A stretch of DNA of 64,000 nucleotides, taken from NCBI GenBank assembly GCA_046313635.1, contig JBKBYA010000002.1:256001-320000 (forward strand). The letters run 5' to 3'. Positions 18,122-27,573 of the stretch are shown one piece after another; within the stretch, counting starts at the first letter, position 1, and the number at the start of each line of letters is the position of its first letter. This DNA is from Pyrinomonadaceae bacterium. Lineage in GTDB: Bacteria > Acidobacteriota > Blastocatellia > Pyrinomonadales > Pyrinomonadaceae. The notes beneath the pieces were generated by a model that saw only the letters and a list, made by a program, of their open reading frames with translations, ran no database searches and was not told where the DNA came from. The translations under genes were made by a program, and so were the position numbers.

Positions 18122-19654
18122 ATGCTGTCTGGTTACTCGTTTAATCGCGTCCGCGGCGCGATCGTCGTCGCGATCACTCTTGTCTTTCTCGCACGTGCGG
18201 CATCTGCTCAGGAGGCCGCGTCAGCGGAACCGAAACCGATGTCGCTCGACGAGATCACGTCGGCACTGCGATCCAGCAAACTGGCGTCGGCGACCACGAA
18301 CCGGGCCCTGATCAAACAGATCGAGCAGCGAGGCGTCGCTTTCGAATTCACGCCGGAAATAGAGAGAGTCTTGACCCAGGATGGAGCGTCCGCCGAACTG
18401 ATCGTCGGCATCCGCGAATGGCTGTGCGAAAAGTACGCCACCCTAGCCCGCGAATGCCGGGACGGCGATCATGACTGCAGACTAATGAACTACGCCAAGG
18501 CGATCGAGGTCGATCCGCTCGACGCCGCGCGGTATGACGACCGCGGCAGCGTCTACGTGGACAAGGGCGACTTCGACGCCGCGATCGCCGATTTCACAAA
18601 AGCCATCGAGCTGGTGCCGACCTACGCCGTCGCGTACGCGAGCCGAGGCGACGTGTATCTCAGGATGGACAAGCCAAACCTCGCCCTGAAAGACTTTGAT
18701 CGGGCCGTCGAACTTGATCCAAAGGAGCCGATCTACGTTTTTAACCGGGCGGTCGCCCACAACAACGCCGGCAACTACACGGCCTCGATCGCCGATTACA
18801 ACAAGTACATTCTCATCAAGCGTGACGACCCTGACGCCTATATCAACCGCGGCCAGAATTTTTACGCACTCGACGATCACAACGCAGCGATACGCGACTT
18901 CACGAGGGCGCTTACTCTCGATCCGAAGAACGTTCGCGCTTTGATCGGTCGCGGTGATAGCTATACCGCGGCCGGGAGATTCGACCTGGCGATCAGAGAT
19001 TTCAGCCGAGTCCTCGAGCTAGACAAAAAGAACTCTCAGGCCTATCGCAGCCGCGGGTGGGCCTACTTCAAATTGAACGCTCTCGATAAGGCAATGGCCG
19101 ATTACGCGTTGGCGATAAACGCCGACCCCAGAGACGCTGACAACTACGTTAATCGGGGGCTGGCCTTTCGAGAAAAGAAGAACGCGAAAGCTGCGATCCA
19201 GGACCTTTCAAAGGCGATCGAGATCGACCCGAAGAATTCCATCGCTTATTACTTCCGCGGTCAGATCAACGCCGAGCGCCAAGAGTACCTCGCTGCGATA
19301 GAGGACCTTTCAAAAGCGATCGAGCTGAACGATCGTGACCCCGATTACTATTTTGAACGCGGCGGGGTCTTTCTGGAAATAGGTGATCACGATAAGGCTC
19401 TCAGCGACTACGGCAGGGTAATTGAACTGTCACCAAAGACGGCGGCTGCTTATGTCAATCGCGGTGTTATTTACCTGCGGATGGGTAAACACGAGCAATC
19501 GATAGCAGACGCCACCACCGCGATCAAACTCGACCCGAGCGACCCTACGGCCTACGAGAATCGGGCCTTGTCATTTGAGGCGCTCGGCGATTCAAAGAGG
19601 GCCGATGCCGATCGGAGAAAAGCAGCACTGCTGGAGAAGGCTAAAAAGTCCTAG
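18122..19654 (+). CDS. Secreted tetratricopeptide repeat protein
   Basis: ATG after AAGGAA; signal peptide; N-terminal QRGVAFEFTPEIE domain; long TPR array. Confidence 0.88.
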   Translation: MLSGYSFNRVRGAIVVAITLVFLARAASAQEAASAEPKPMSLDEITSALRSSKLASATTNRALIKQIEQRGVAFEFTPEIERVLTQDGASAELIVGIREWLCEKYATLARECRDGDHDCRLMNYAKAIEVDPLDAARYDDRGSVYVDKGDFDAAIADFTKAIELVPTYAVAYASRGDVYLRMDKPNLALKDFDRAVELDPKEPIYVFNRAVAHNNAGNYTASIADYNKYILIKRDDPDAYINRGQNFYALDDHNAAIRDFTRALTLDPKNVRALIGRGDSYTAAGRFDLAIRDFSRVLELDKKNSQAYRSRGWAYFKLNALDKAMADYALAINADPRDADNYVNRGLAFREKKNAKAAIQDLSKAIEIDPKNSIAYYFRGQINAERQEYLAAIEDLSKAIELNDRDPDYYFERGGVFLEIGDHDKALSDYGRVIELSPKTAAAYVNRGVIYLRMGKHEQSIADATTAIKLDPSDPTAYENRALSFEALGDSKRADADRRKAALLEKAKKS

Positions 19655-19659
19655 ACCAG

Positions 19660-21003
19660 CTACGCCAGCATCATCGCGGGCTGCTCGAGCATTTGTTTGA
19701 AGGTCTGAAGGAACTTCGCACCGGTCGCTCCGTCGACGACGCGGTGGTCACACGACATCGTGACGTTCATCATTGTGCGGACGACGATCTGGCCGTCGCG
19801 GACGACGGGCGTCTCGTTCGCCGCGCCGACGGCGAGGATGCCGGCCTCGGGCGGATTGATGATCGCCGTGAACTCCTTGATGCCGAACATACCGAGATTC
19901 GAGATCGAGAATGTCGCACCGGTGTACTGCTCGGGCTGCAGCTTTTTAGTACGGGCCTTGGCGGCGAGGTCCTTGATCTCGGCCGAGATCTCGACAAAGC
20001 CTTTCTTGTCCGCACCGCGAACGACCGGCGTGATCAGGCCTTCGTCGATCGCAACGGCGACGCCGATATCTGCCTGCTCGTAGAATCGGATCGACTTGTC
20101 CTGATACGAAGCGTTGACGAAAGGATGCTTGCGCAGAGCCATCGCTGCAGCTTTTACGATGATGTCGTTGACGCTGATCTTTTGCTCCTCGGCGACGCTT
20201 GCATTGACCGCTTTGCGCAGCGCGAGAACGTTGTCCATTTCGATCTCGACCGTCAGGTAGAAGGTCGGGACCGGGCCGATCGATTCGGCCAGACGCGTCG
20301 CGATCACGCGGCGCATCTGCGAGGTCGGCTCATCTCGAAACGGCGAAGCCCCGACAACGGTCGACGGCGTAAATTGTTTCTGCTGCTCGCTGACCGCTGA
20401 CCGCTGACCGCCCGCCAGCGCCTGCTCAATATCGCGTTTGATGATGCGGCCGTTCGGGCCCGATCCGCTGATAGAGCGAAGGTCGATTCCGTTATCCGCG
20501 GCCATCCGAGCGGCGATCGGCGAGACGATCAATCGACCGCCGTTCGATTGCGGATTTCGGATTTCGGATCTCGAATTTGTTTGGCTGACGGGACTCGCCG
20601 CCGGAGCGGTGGTCGTGGGCGAGGTCTGCTTGAGCTCAAGCTCCTCCGGGCGATCGATCTCGGTCGGGGCGGTCGGCTGATCGTCGGTCTTGGACGCGGC
20701 GGGAGCAGATGCATTTGTTCCGCCGTTCGCCGACACTTCGGCCAGCAGCGCGGAGATGTCCTCGCCCGCATTGCCGATGATCGCGATCGGCTCGCCGAGC
20801 GCGGCCGACTCGCCGGCCTGCTTGAGGATCTTGAGCAGAGTGCCGCCCGAGAGCGCCGTCATCTCCATCGTCGCCTTGTCGGTGTCGACCTCGGCGAGCG
20901 TTTCGTTTGCGTCAAACTTGTCGCCCTCGTTCTTGACCCAGCGAGAGATCTGACCCTCTTCCATCGTGGGCGAAAGCTTCGGCATTAAGAATTTTTCAGC
21001 CAT
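19660..21003 (-). CDS. pdhC: Pyruvate dehydrogenase E2, dihydrolipoamide acetyltransferase
   Basis: MPKLSPTMEEG, lipoyl DTDKAT, GSGPNGRI, SNLGMFG, DHRVVDG. Confidence 0.95.
   Translation of the reverse strand: MAEKFLMPKLSPTMEEGQISRWVKNEGDKFDANETLAEVDTDKATMEMTALSGGTLLKILKQAGESAALGEPIAIIGNAGEDISALLAEVSANGGTNASAPAASKTDDQPTAPTEIDRPEELELKQTSPTTTAPAASPVSQTNSRSEIRNPQSNGGRLIVSPIAARMAADNGIDLRSISGSGPNGRIIKRDIEQALAGGQRSAVSEQQKQFTPSTVVGASPFRDEPTSQMRRVIATRLAESIGPVPTFYLTVEIEMDNVLALRKAVNASVAEEQKISVNDIIVKAAAMALRKHPFVNASYQDKSIRFYEQADIGVAVAIDEGLITPVVRGADKKGFVEISAEIKDLAAKARTKKLQPEQYTGATFSISNLGMFGIKEFTAIINPPEAGILAVGAANETPVVRDGQIVVRTMMNVTMSCDHRVVDGATGAKFLQTFKQMLEQPAMMLA
20388..20408. repeat. Heptamer tandem repeat (CGCTGAC x3) within pdhC linker
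   Basis: cgctgac cgctgac cgctgac. Confidence 0.8.
20544..20578. repeat. Heptamer tandem repeat (CGGATTT-like x5) within pdhC linker
   Basis: tcgattg cggattt cggattt cggatct cgaattt; same family as 53681-53876. Confidence 0.85.
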
Positions 21004-21008
21004 ATCTC

Positions 21009-21101
21009 GGAACGCGGACGCCCTCGTCCGCATTTGTGAATCAAATCTGGAACACGCATTACGCCCCGGAGAGGCGTTGCGGACGAGGGCGTCCGCGTTC
21101 C
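21009..21101. repeat. REP doublet (24-bp perfect inverted repeat)
   Basis: GGAACGCGGACGCCCTCGTCCGCA at 21009-21032 and its exact reverse complement at 21078-21101; each arm is itself palindromic. Confidence 0.85.
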
Positions 21102-21102
21102 A

Positions 21103-22086
21103 TCACAGGTAACAAACTTCCTTGACCGCCGCGACGATCTTTGCGACGTCGGGCAGGGCGGCCGCTTCGAGATTTTTGGCGTACGGCATCGGGGCCTCGA
21201 CGGTCGAGATGCGTTTGATCGGAGCGTCGAGATGGTCAAAGGCGTGTTCCATCACCTGGTACGCTACCTCGGCGCCGACGCTCGCGAACGAATGCGACTC
21301 CTCGGCGATGACGAGGCGATTGGTCTTTTTGACCGACGCCGCGATCGTCTCGATGTCGAGCGGCTTGATCGTTCGCGGATCGACGACCTCGACCGAAACG
21401 TCGAACTCCTTTTGGATCTGCTCGGCCGCCTGCAGAGCGAGCGGCACGGTCATCGAACGCGCGACGATCGTGCAGTCGGTGCCTTCGCGTTTGACGTCGG
21501 CGACGCCGAGCGGGATCGTGAAGTCTTCGTCCTCGGGCACCTCGCCCTTGAGTCCGTACATCCGCTCCTGCTCCATAAAGATCACTGGATTGTCGTCGCG
21601 GATCGCGGACTTCAGCAGGCCCTTTGCGTCGGCGGCGGTCGACGGCATCACGACCTTGAGGCCGGGGAAGTTTGCGTACATCGCCTCGAGCGCCTGCGAG
21701 TGCTGCGACGAGACCTGATAGGCCGAGCCGTTCGGGCCGCGAAATACCACCGGCACCTTGAACTCGCCGCCCGACATATACAGCATCTTCGCCGCGTGAT
21801 TGATGATCTGGTCGGCCGCAAGGATCGAGAAGTTAAAGGTCATGAACTCGATCACCGGCCGCAGGCCCGCCATCGCCGCGCCGACGCCGATCGCCGCAAA
21901 GCCGAGCTCGGTGATCGGAGTATCGACGACGCGCTTGTCGCCAAACTCCTTCCAGAGCCCGCGCGTGACCTTGTAGGCGCCGTCGTACTCGGCGACCTCC
22001 TCGCCCATGATGAAGACGTTCTCGTCTCGAATAAGTTCTTCGCGCAGCGCCTGATTGAGTGCGTCGCGGATGGTCAGTAATGCCAT
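21103..22086 (-). CDS. pdhB: Pyruvate dehydrogenase E1 beta subunit
   Basis: GEEVAEYDGAYKVT, DTPITE, EFMTFNF, FRGPNG, QHSQ. Confidence 0.96.
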   Translation of the reverse strand: MALLTIRDALNQALREELIRDENVFIMGEEVAEYDGAYKVTRGLWKEFGDKRVVDTPITELGFAAIGVGAAMAGLRPVIEFMTFNFSILAADQIINHAAKMLYMSGGEFKVPVVFRGPNGSAYQVSSQHSQALEAMYANFPGLKVVMPSTAADAKGLLKSAIRDDNPVIFMEQERMYGLKGEVPEDEDFTIPLGVADVKREGTDCTIVARSMTVPLALQAAEQIQKEFDVSVEVVDPRTIKPLDIETIAASVKKTNRLVIAEESHSFASVGAEVAYQVMEHAFDHLDAPIKRISTVEAPMPYAKNLEAAALPDVAKIVAAVKEVCYL

Positions 22087-22122
22087 AGTGTTCAGTGGTC
22101 GGTGGTCAGGACTCCGAAGCCG

Positions 22123-23250
22123 TTATGCCAATACGTCGGTCAAAAGCTCGCTCTCCGGCGGCAGCGGGCTCTCCTCAGCGAACTTGATCGCGGCCTCGAC
22201 CGCTTCGCGAGCGCGCTGCTCGATCGCTTGGTAATCTTTGTCGGTCAGCACCCTTGCCTCTTTTAACGTCTCGCGGAAGAGGACGATCGGATCGCGCTCC
22301 TGGTACTTTGCGATCTCCTCGCGCGTGCGGTAGTTGCCCGGGTCTGACATCGAGTGGCCCATATATCGATAGGCCCGCACCTCGAGAAGTGTCGGGAGCG
22401 ACTCGTTGCGAGCACGTTCGATCGCACGCTGTGTCGCCTCGCGGACGGCCATCACGTCCATGCCGTCGACGAATTCGTTTGCGACGCCGTACGCATCGCC
22501 TTTCTTGGCGATGCTCGCGATGCTCATCGCGCGGGCCTGCGACGTGCCCATTCCGTATTTGTTGTTCTCGCAGATGTAGATGACCGGGAGCTTCCAGAGC
22601 TGGGCCATGTTGAGCGACTCGTGGAATATTCCCTGGTTGACGGCGGCCTCGCCAAAGAAGCAGAGCGTGACCTGGCCGGTGCCTTTGTACTTTGCGGCGT
22701 AGGCCATCCCGGTCGCGACGCCGATCTGGCCGCCGACGATGCCGTGGCCGCCAAAGAACTCGAGCTCGCGCGAGAACATATGCATCGAGCCGCCCTTGCC
22801 CTTAACGCAGCCGCCGATCTTGCCGTACAGCTCGGCCATCACCGACTCGGGCGTCATCCCTTTGACCATCGCCTGGACGTGGTCGCGGTACGAAGTAATG
22901 ACCATGTCCTTGGGCTCGAGCGCCATGATCGAGCCGACGCCGATCGCCTCCTGCCCGATGTAGAGATGGCAGAAACCGCCGATCTTGCCCATGCGATAGA
23001 CCTCGGCAGATCTCTCCTCAAAGTGGCGGCCAAGGACCATCTGATAAAGCATCTCGCGCAGAAGGCCGCGGTCGAGCTTCTTTATCGATTCGAGCTGGGA
23101 CTTGCGGCGTTTGAGATATTCGGTATGAGCGAGTTTGAGGATCTCGTCGTCGGGGCTGGAGCCGGCTCCGTTCGTGGTTCCCGGGGCCGCGATCTCGTTT
23201 CGCGACGCGGCCTTTTTTTCTGTCTTAGTGCGGGTTGCTGTCTTTGGCAA
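22123..23250 (-). CDS. pdhA: Pyruvate dehydrogenase E1 alpha subunit
   Basis: GGFCHLYIGQEA, GKGGSMH, GGHGIVGGQ, ENNKYGMGT, YRYMGHSMSDP; TTG start after GGAGG. Confidence 0.96.
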   Translation of the reverse strand: MPKTATRTKTEKKAASRNEIAAPGTTNGAGSSPDDEILKLAHTEYLKRRKSQLESIKKLDRGLLREMLYQMVLGRHFEERSAEVYRMGKIGGFCHLYIGQEAIGVGSIMALEPKDMVITSYRDHVQAMVKGMTPESVMAELYGKIGGCVKGKGGSMHMFSRELEFFGGHGIVGGQIGVATGMAYAAKYKGTGQVTLCFFGEAAVNQGIFHESLNMAQLWKLPVIYICENNKYGMGTSQARAMSIASIAKKGDAYGVANEFVDGMDVMAVREATQRAIERARNESLPTLLEVRAYRYMGHSMSDPGNYRTREEIAKYQERDPIVLFRETLKEARVLTDKDYQAIEQRAREAVEAAIKFAEESPLPPESELLTDVLA

Positions 23251-23399
23251 AATAAAACCTCCGCCGTTGATCTCGGCTTAATTCTGCAGGCGTCTGCGAA
23301 ACAAGAATTATAAGTGACCGTCGAGGCCTTAGGCAAAACGCCGCGTTTTTTGACCCGTTGGCCAAATCATCGGGTAGATAATAAGATTGCTCATAGCCG

Positions 23400-25343
23400 A
23401 TGCGACCTTTCCTCGACAAGCCGTACTTATTGCTGCTCATCCCGGTCCTGCTCTTAACGGCGTCGATCACGAACGCGCAGGAGCAGCCGACGCGCTGGTC
23501 TCTCGACGCGGGCACCAAGCGCGCAGAGCTCAAGCAAGGCGACCGCTTTGCGGCGCGAGTCATCGCCGAGGTCGACGCGGGCTGGCATCTCTACGCGCTC
23601 GATCAGCCGAGCGGCGGGCCGATCGCGACGACGATCAAGGTAAGCGAAGGGAAGCCTTTTGAGATCACCGGCCCGATCACGCCGACCACAGCTCCGACAT
23701 CGCAGCCCGACCCGAATTTCGTCGTCGACGGCAAGCCTCTCGAGACCAAGTATTTCGAGAATAGGGCCGAGTTTCGCGTACCGTTACGGGCCTTGGCCGA
23801 CTCGGCCGCGGCCGACTTGTCGTTTGACGTGCGCTTCCAGCTCTGCAACGACCGGTTTTGCCTGCCGCCTCGAACCGTTCGCGTGACGCCGACGGGCTTT
23901 GAACTTGTCAAAAAGCTCGGGTCCTCGACCTCGCAGACGGACGACCCGACCCCGGATCGACAGGACGCCGTCAGCGGGCCGCAGCTCGTGACGCGTAATT
24001 TCGACACGGACCTCTGGTCGTTCATCTGGCTCGCCGCGACGCTCGGGGCACTGTCGCTTTTGACGCCGTGCGTCTTTCCGATGATCCCGATCACGGTCTC
24101 GTACTTTACAAACCACTCGTCGGGCCATCGATCAAAGGCCGTCAGGCTCGCGACGGTTTACTCGCTCGGCATCATCGCGACATTTACGCTGCTCGGGATG
24201 CTGCTCGCAATATTCGTCGGTGCGGCAGGCGTCAATCTCTTTGCGGCAAATCCGTGGGTCAACCTGCTGATCACGGCGATCTTTTTGCTGTTTGCGTTCA
24301 ATCTTTTTGGGGCGTACGAGATAAACGTGCCGACCGGCCTGCTCACGGCGCTCGACCGCGCGACGCGCTCGGTCGAGGGCGAGGGCAGCGGCCTCGTCGG
24401 AGCGCTGCTGATGGGCCTCACCTTCACGCTGACGTCATTCACCTGCACGTCGCCTTTTGTCGGTACGATCCTCGTCTCTGCGTCGCAGGGCGACTGGCAG
24501 ATGCCGCTCGTCGGTATGCTCGCCTTTTCGACCGTTTTCGCTCTGCCGTTCTTCGTTCTCGCGCTCGTGCCGCAGATGGTCGCGCAGCTGCCGCGTGCGG
24601 GCGGCTGGATGAATTCGGTCAAGGTCACGATGGGATTTCTCGAGATCGCCGCGGCGATGAAGTTCCTCTCGAATGTCGACCTCGTTTGGAAGTGGGGGAT
24701 CTTTACACGCAGCGCGGTGCTCGCGATCTGGATCTCGATCGGCGTGATCCTCTCGCTTTACCTGCTCGGCAGGTTTCAGCTCTCGCTCGATTCAAAACCC
24801 GAGCGGATCGGTGCGGTCCGTCTTGTCTCGGCGATACTCAGTTTGGCGGTCAGCTTCTATCTGCTCACAGGCCTCTTTGGCGCCAAGCTCGGCGAGCTCG
24901 AGGCATTTTTGCCGCCGGACCTTAACGCCTCCGCCGGCGGCCGCACGGGCGGCGATGCCGGCGAAAAGAATTGGATCGTCAACGACTACAACGCCGCACT
25001 CGAACGGGCGCGGGCCGAGAACAAAAAGGTCTTTGTCGATTTCACGGGCTATACCTGCACAAACTGCCGCTGGATGGAGGCCAACATCTTCCCGCGTCCG
25101 GAGGTCGCGGCCGAGCTCGACAAGTTTGTCCTCGCACGTCTTTACACCGACGGCGAGGGTGAAGTATACGAGAGGCAGCAGCGTATGGAAGAAGAAATGT
25201 TCGGCACGGTCGCGCTGCCCTTTTATGCGGTCGTCGACTCAAGCGGAACGGCCGTCGGCACGTTCCCGGGCCTGACGCGCGACGCGGCGGAATTCGTCGA
25301 TTTTCTCCAACGGGCCGGCAGCGGACCGTCAAACAAAAAGTGA
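23400..25343 (+). CDS. dsbD: DsbD-like thiol:disulfide interchange protein
   Basis: N-terminal GWHLY and QLCNDRFCLPP; TM domain LTPCVFPMIP and FTCTSP; thioredoxin DFTGYTCTNCR. Confidence 0.88.
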   Translation: MRPFLDKPYLLLLIPVLLLTASITNAQEQPTRWSLDAGTKRAELKQGDRFAARVIAEVDAGWHLYALDQPSGGPIATTIKVSEGKPFEITGPITPTTAPTSQPDPNFVVDGKPLETKYFENRAEFRVPLRALADSAAADLSFDVRFQLCNDRFCLPPRTVRVTPTGFELVKKLGSSTSQTDDPTPDRQDAVSGPQLVTRNFDTDLWSFIWLAATLGALSLLTPCVFPMIPITVSYFTNHSSGHRSKAVRLATVYSLGIIATFTLLGMLLAIFVGAAGVNLFAANPWVNLLITAIFLLFAFNLFGAYEINVPTGLLTALDRATRSVEGEGSGLVGALLMGLTFTLTSFTCTSPFVGTILVSASQGDWQMPLVGMLAFSTVFALPFFVLALVPQMVAQLPRAGGWMNSVKVTMGFLEIAAAMKFLSNVDLVWKWGIFTRSAVLAIWISIGVILSLYLLGRFQLSLDSKPERIGAVRLVSAILSLAVSFYLLTGLFGAKLGELEAFLPPDLNASAGGRTGGDAGEKNWIVNDYNAALERARAENKKVFVDFTGYTCTNCRWMEANIFPRPEVAAELDKFVLARLYTDGEGEVYERQQRMEEEMFGTVALPFYAVVDSSGTAVGTFPGLTRDAAEFVDFLQRAGSGPSNKK

Positions 25344-25915
25344 AAAGCGTACCTATCAAGAACCTCATCGCAGGACTCCGCGAGATCCCGGAGGCCGACT
25401 TCACCTGCGACAACGTTTACGGCTACCTGGCAAGTCATCCCGTCGAGGTCGACTCCATCACGCGATACATCCACTGGAGCGACCGCTTTTACACACGCAA
25501 TCTGGTTTACAAGGACACGCGTTTCGAGCTGCTCGCCATCTGCTGGGAGCGCGGTCAGGTCTCGCGCGTGCACAACCACGCCGATCAAAAATGCTGGATG
25601 ACCGTCCCGGTCGGCCGGCTCAGAGGTCAGAATTTCGCCGTCGAGGAGATAGACGAGTCGCGCGGCTACTGTAAGCTGGTCGAGACCGACGCCTTCGAGC
25701 TCTCGGAATGTCTCGCGGCCAAGGTCGAGCTCGAGCAGCCGATCCACCAGATCCTCAACCTTCCGGAGTTCGACGAGCGGGCCGTCAGCATCCACATTTA
25801 TTCCAAGCCGTTCGACACGTGCCTCTCCTATTGCCGCGACACCGACACTTTTAAGGAAGTTAAGCTCTGCTACACGAGCATAGACGGCCGCGTTTGCGAC
25901 GGCATCGTCCTGTAG
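25340..25915 (+). CDS. Cysteine dioxygenase
   Basis: YTRNLV, ICW, HNH...C, IHQI, SIHIYSKPF; GTGA overlap with upstream gene. Confidence 0.88.
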   Translation: MKSVPIKNLIAGLREIPEADFTCDNVYGYLASHPVEVDSITRYIHWSDRFYTRNLVYKDTRFELLAICWERGQVSRVHNHADQKCWMTVPVGRLRGQNFAVEEIDESRGYCKLVETDAFELSECLAAKVELEQPIHQILNLPEFDERAVSIHIYSKPFDTCLSYCRDTDTFKEVKLCYTSIDGRVCDGIVL

Positions 25916-25978
25916 AGACACCGAACGCGCGGCGAGCGGCTGCACACTTTATTCCCCCACAGCGAATTACTCTTGACG

Positions 25979-27565
25979 ATGTCCGACAGCGGCGGCACTG
26001 CTACGCGGATCAGGGATTGGCACGTCGTGCCGGGCTCGATCTTTCTGCTTTATTTCCTCGTCCGCTTTTGGCGGCTCGACGAGGCGTGTCTCTGGTTTGA
26101 CGAGATATTCGGGCTCGACGCCGCGGCGAGGTCTTGGGGCGAGATGCTCCGCTTTATCGCGCTCGATCTCGTCCATCCGCCGCTCTTCTACATTCTGCTG
26201 AAGCTGTGGGTCGGTATCGGCGGCGAGTCGGTCGCGTGGGTCCGGCTGCTTCCTTTCGTTCTTTCACTGCTGGCCGTCATTCCGATACTGCAGCTATGCC
26301 GCGAACTTAAACTCTCGCGGCTCGCGACCGTCGTCGCCTTTGCGGCCTTTGCCGTCAACGGCTCGCTCATCAAGTACGCGCAGGAGGTGCGGATGTACAG
26401 CCTGACGCTGCTGCTCGCGGCGCTGTCGTATTGGCTGTTTGCCCGCTTCTTTTTTCGCGGCAAGAACATCTGGCTCCTCACCGCGGTCAACGTTCTGCTC
26501 GTCTACACGCATTACTTCGGCTGGTTTGTCGTGCTGAGCGAGGCGCTGACGATCGCGCTTCTTCAAAGGATCAAGATCGGAAAGTTCCTGACGTCGGCGG
26601 CGATCACGCTGCTGGCATTTTTGCCGTGGACCTGGGCGATATGGCGTGCCGCCTCGACGGTCGACGTCGCCGCGTCGGCCTCGCAGAATATCGGTTGGAT
26701 CGACCGGCCGGGGATCGTCCAACTGTTCGATCTAGCGTTCGATCTGATCGAGCCGTTTTACTTTCAACAAAGCAGCAGCGACGCATCGACGCTCATCTTC
26801 ATCACCGCACCGCTGCTGATCATCCTCGCCGCTGCAAAGCTGATATACCTCCGTCGGCTGGCAGCGTCGGCCGACCGGACGGTCTTTTGCTTTTTGGCGA
26901 TCGTCGCCGTTACGCCGGTCGCGGCGGCCTTCGCGATCAGTTGGCTCGCGCCGCATTCGATCTGGGGCACACGCCACCTGACGGCGGCATTCATTCCGAT
27001 CACGATACTCGCGGCCATCTTCTTGACCGAGATCGGAGATCGCTGGATCAGACGTTTGCTGCTTTACACGGCCGCGCTGCTTGCGGCGGGATCATTCGCC
27101 GTCTACGCGGCCGCGCCGCGCGAGATGAATGTGTGGTGCGCGTGGGAGAGCCTTGCCGTCGAGGCAAGGAGCGACGCGGTCAGCCCCGAGCGGGTGCCCG
27201 TGCTTACCTTTGAAGACCTGGTCGCTTATCACTTTTGGTTTGCGCTGAGAGATGATCCTTCTTTGCAGGTCGTGCGCGTGCGCGGCGCGGCGGGCGTTGT
27301 CGAAGACGCCGCCTACTTCCTGCCGAGAGACGCGGAGGGCGTATCCGCCCTCGACGCCTCGGCAGTCTCCGGCTCACCGATCTTTGCCGCGTTTCGACTA
27401 ACGAGAAATGGGCCGGGCAGGGAAGCCGTCGACCCGTCACAGCGAGAGCCGCTGGCCGGCCTCGTACAGCGCGGCTACACGGTCGAATACGTCCGGAGCA
27501 TCGACGCTGCGGGACAGACCGCGTATCTGGCCAAGCTCGTTATGAGGGCGGGCGGAGGCAGATAG
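25979..27565 (+). CDS. GT39/PMT-like membrane glycosyltransferase
   Basis: LWFDE, DLVHPPLFY, YAQEVRMY, YTHYFG; multi-TM. Confidence 0.82.
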   Translation: MSDSGGTATRIRDWHVVPGSIFLLYFLVRFWRLDEACLWFDEIFGLDAAARSWGEMLRFIALDLVHPPLFYILLKLWVGIGGESVAWVRLLPFVLSLLAVIPILQLCRELKLSRLATVVAFAAFAVNGSLIKYAQEVRMYSLTLLLAALSYWLFARFFFRGKNIWLLTAVNVLLVYTHYFGWFVVLSEALTIALLQRIKIGKFLTSAAITLLAFLPWTWAIWRAASTVDVAASASQNIGWIDRPGIVQLFDLAFDLIEPFYFQQSSSDASTLIFITAPLLIILAAAKLIYLRRLAASADRTVFCFLAIVAVTPVAAAFAISWLAPHSIWGTRHLTAAFIPITILAAIFLTEIGDRWIRRLLLYTAALLAAGSFAVYAAAPREMNVWCAWESLAVEARSDAVSPERVPVLTFEDLVAYHFWFALRDDPSLQVVRVRGAAGVVEDAAYFLPRDAEGVSALDASAVSGSPIFAAFRLTRNGPGREAVDPSQREPLAGLVQRGYTVEYVRSIDAAGQTAYLAKLVMRAGGGR

Positions 27566-27573
27566 CGGGGCAC

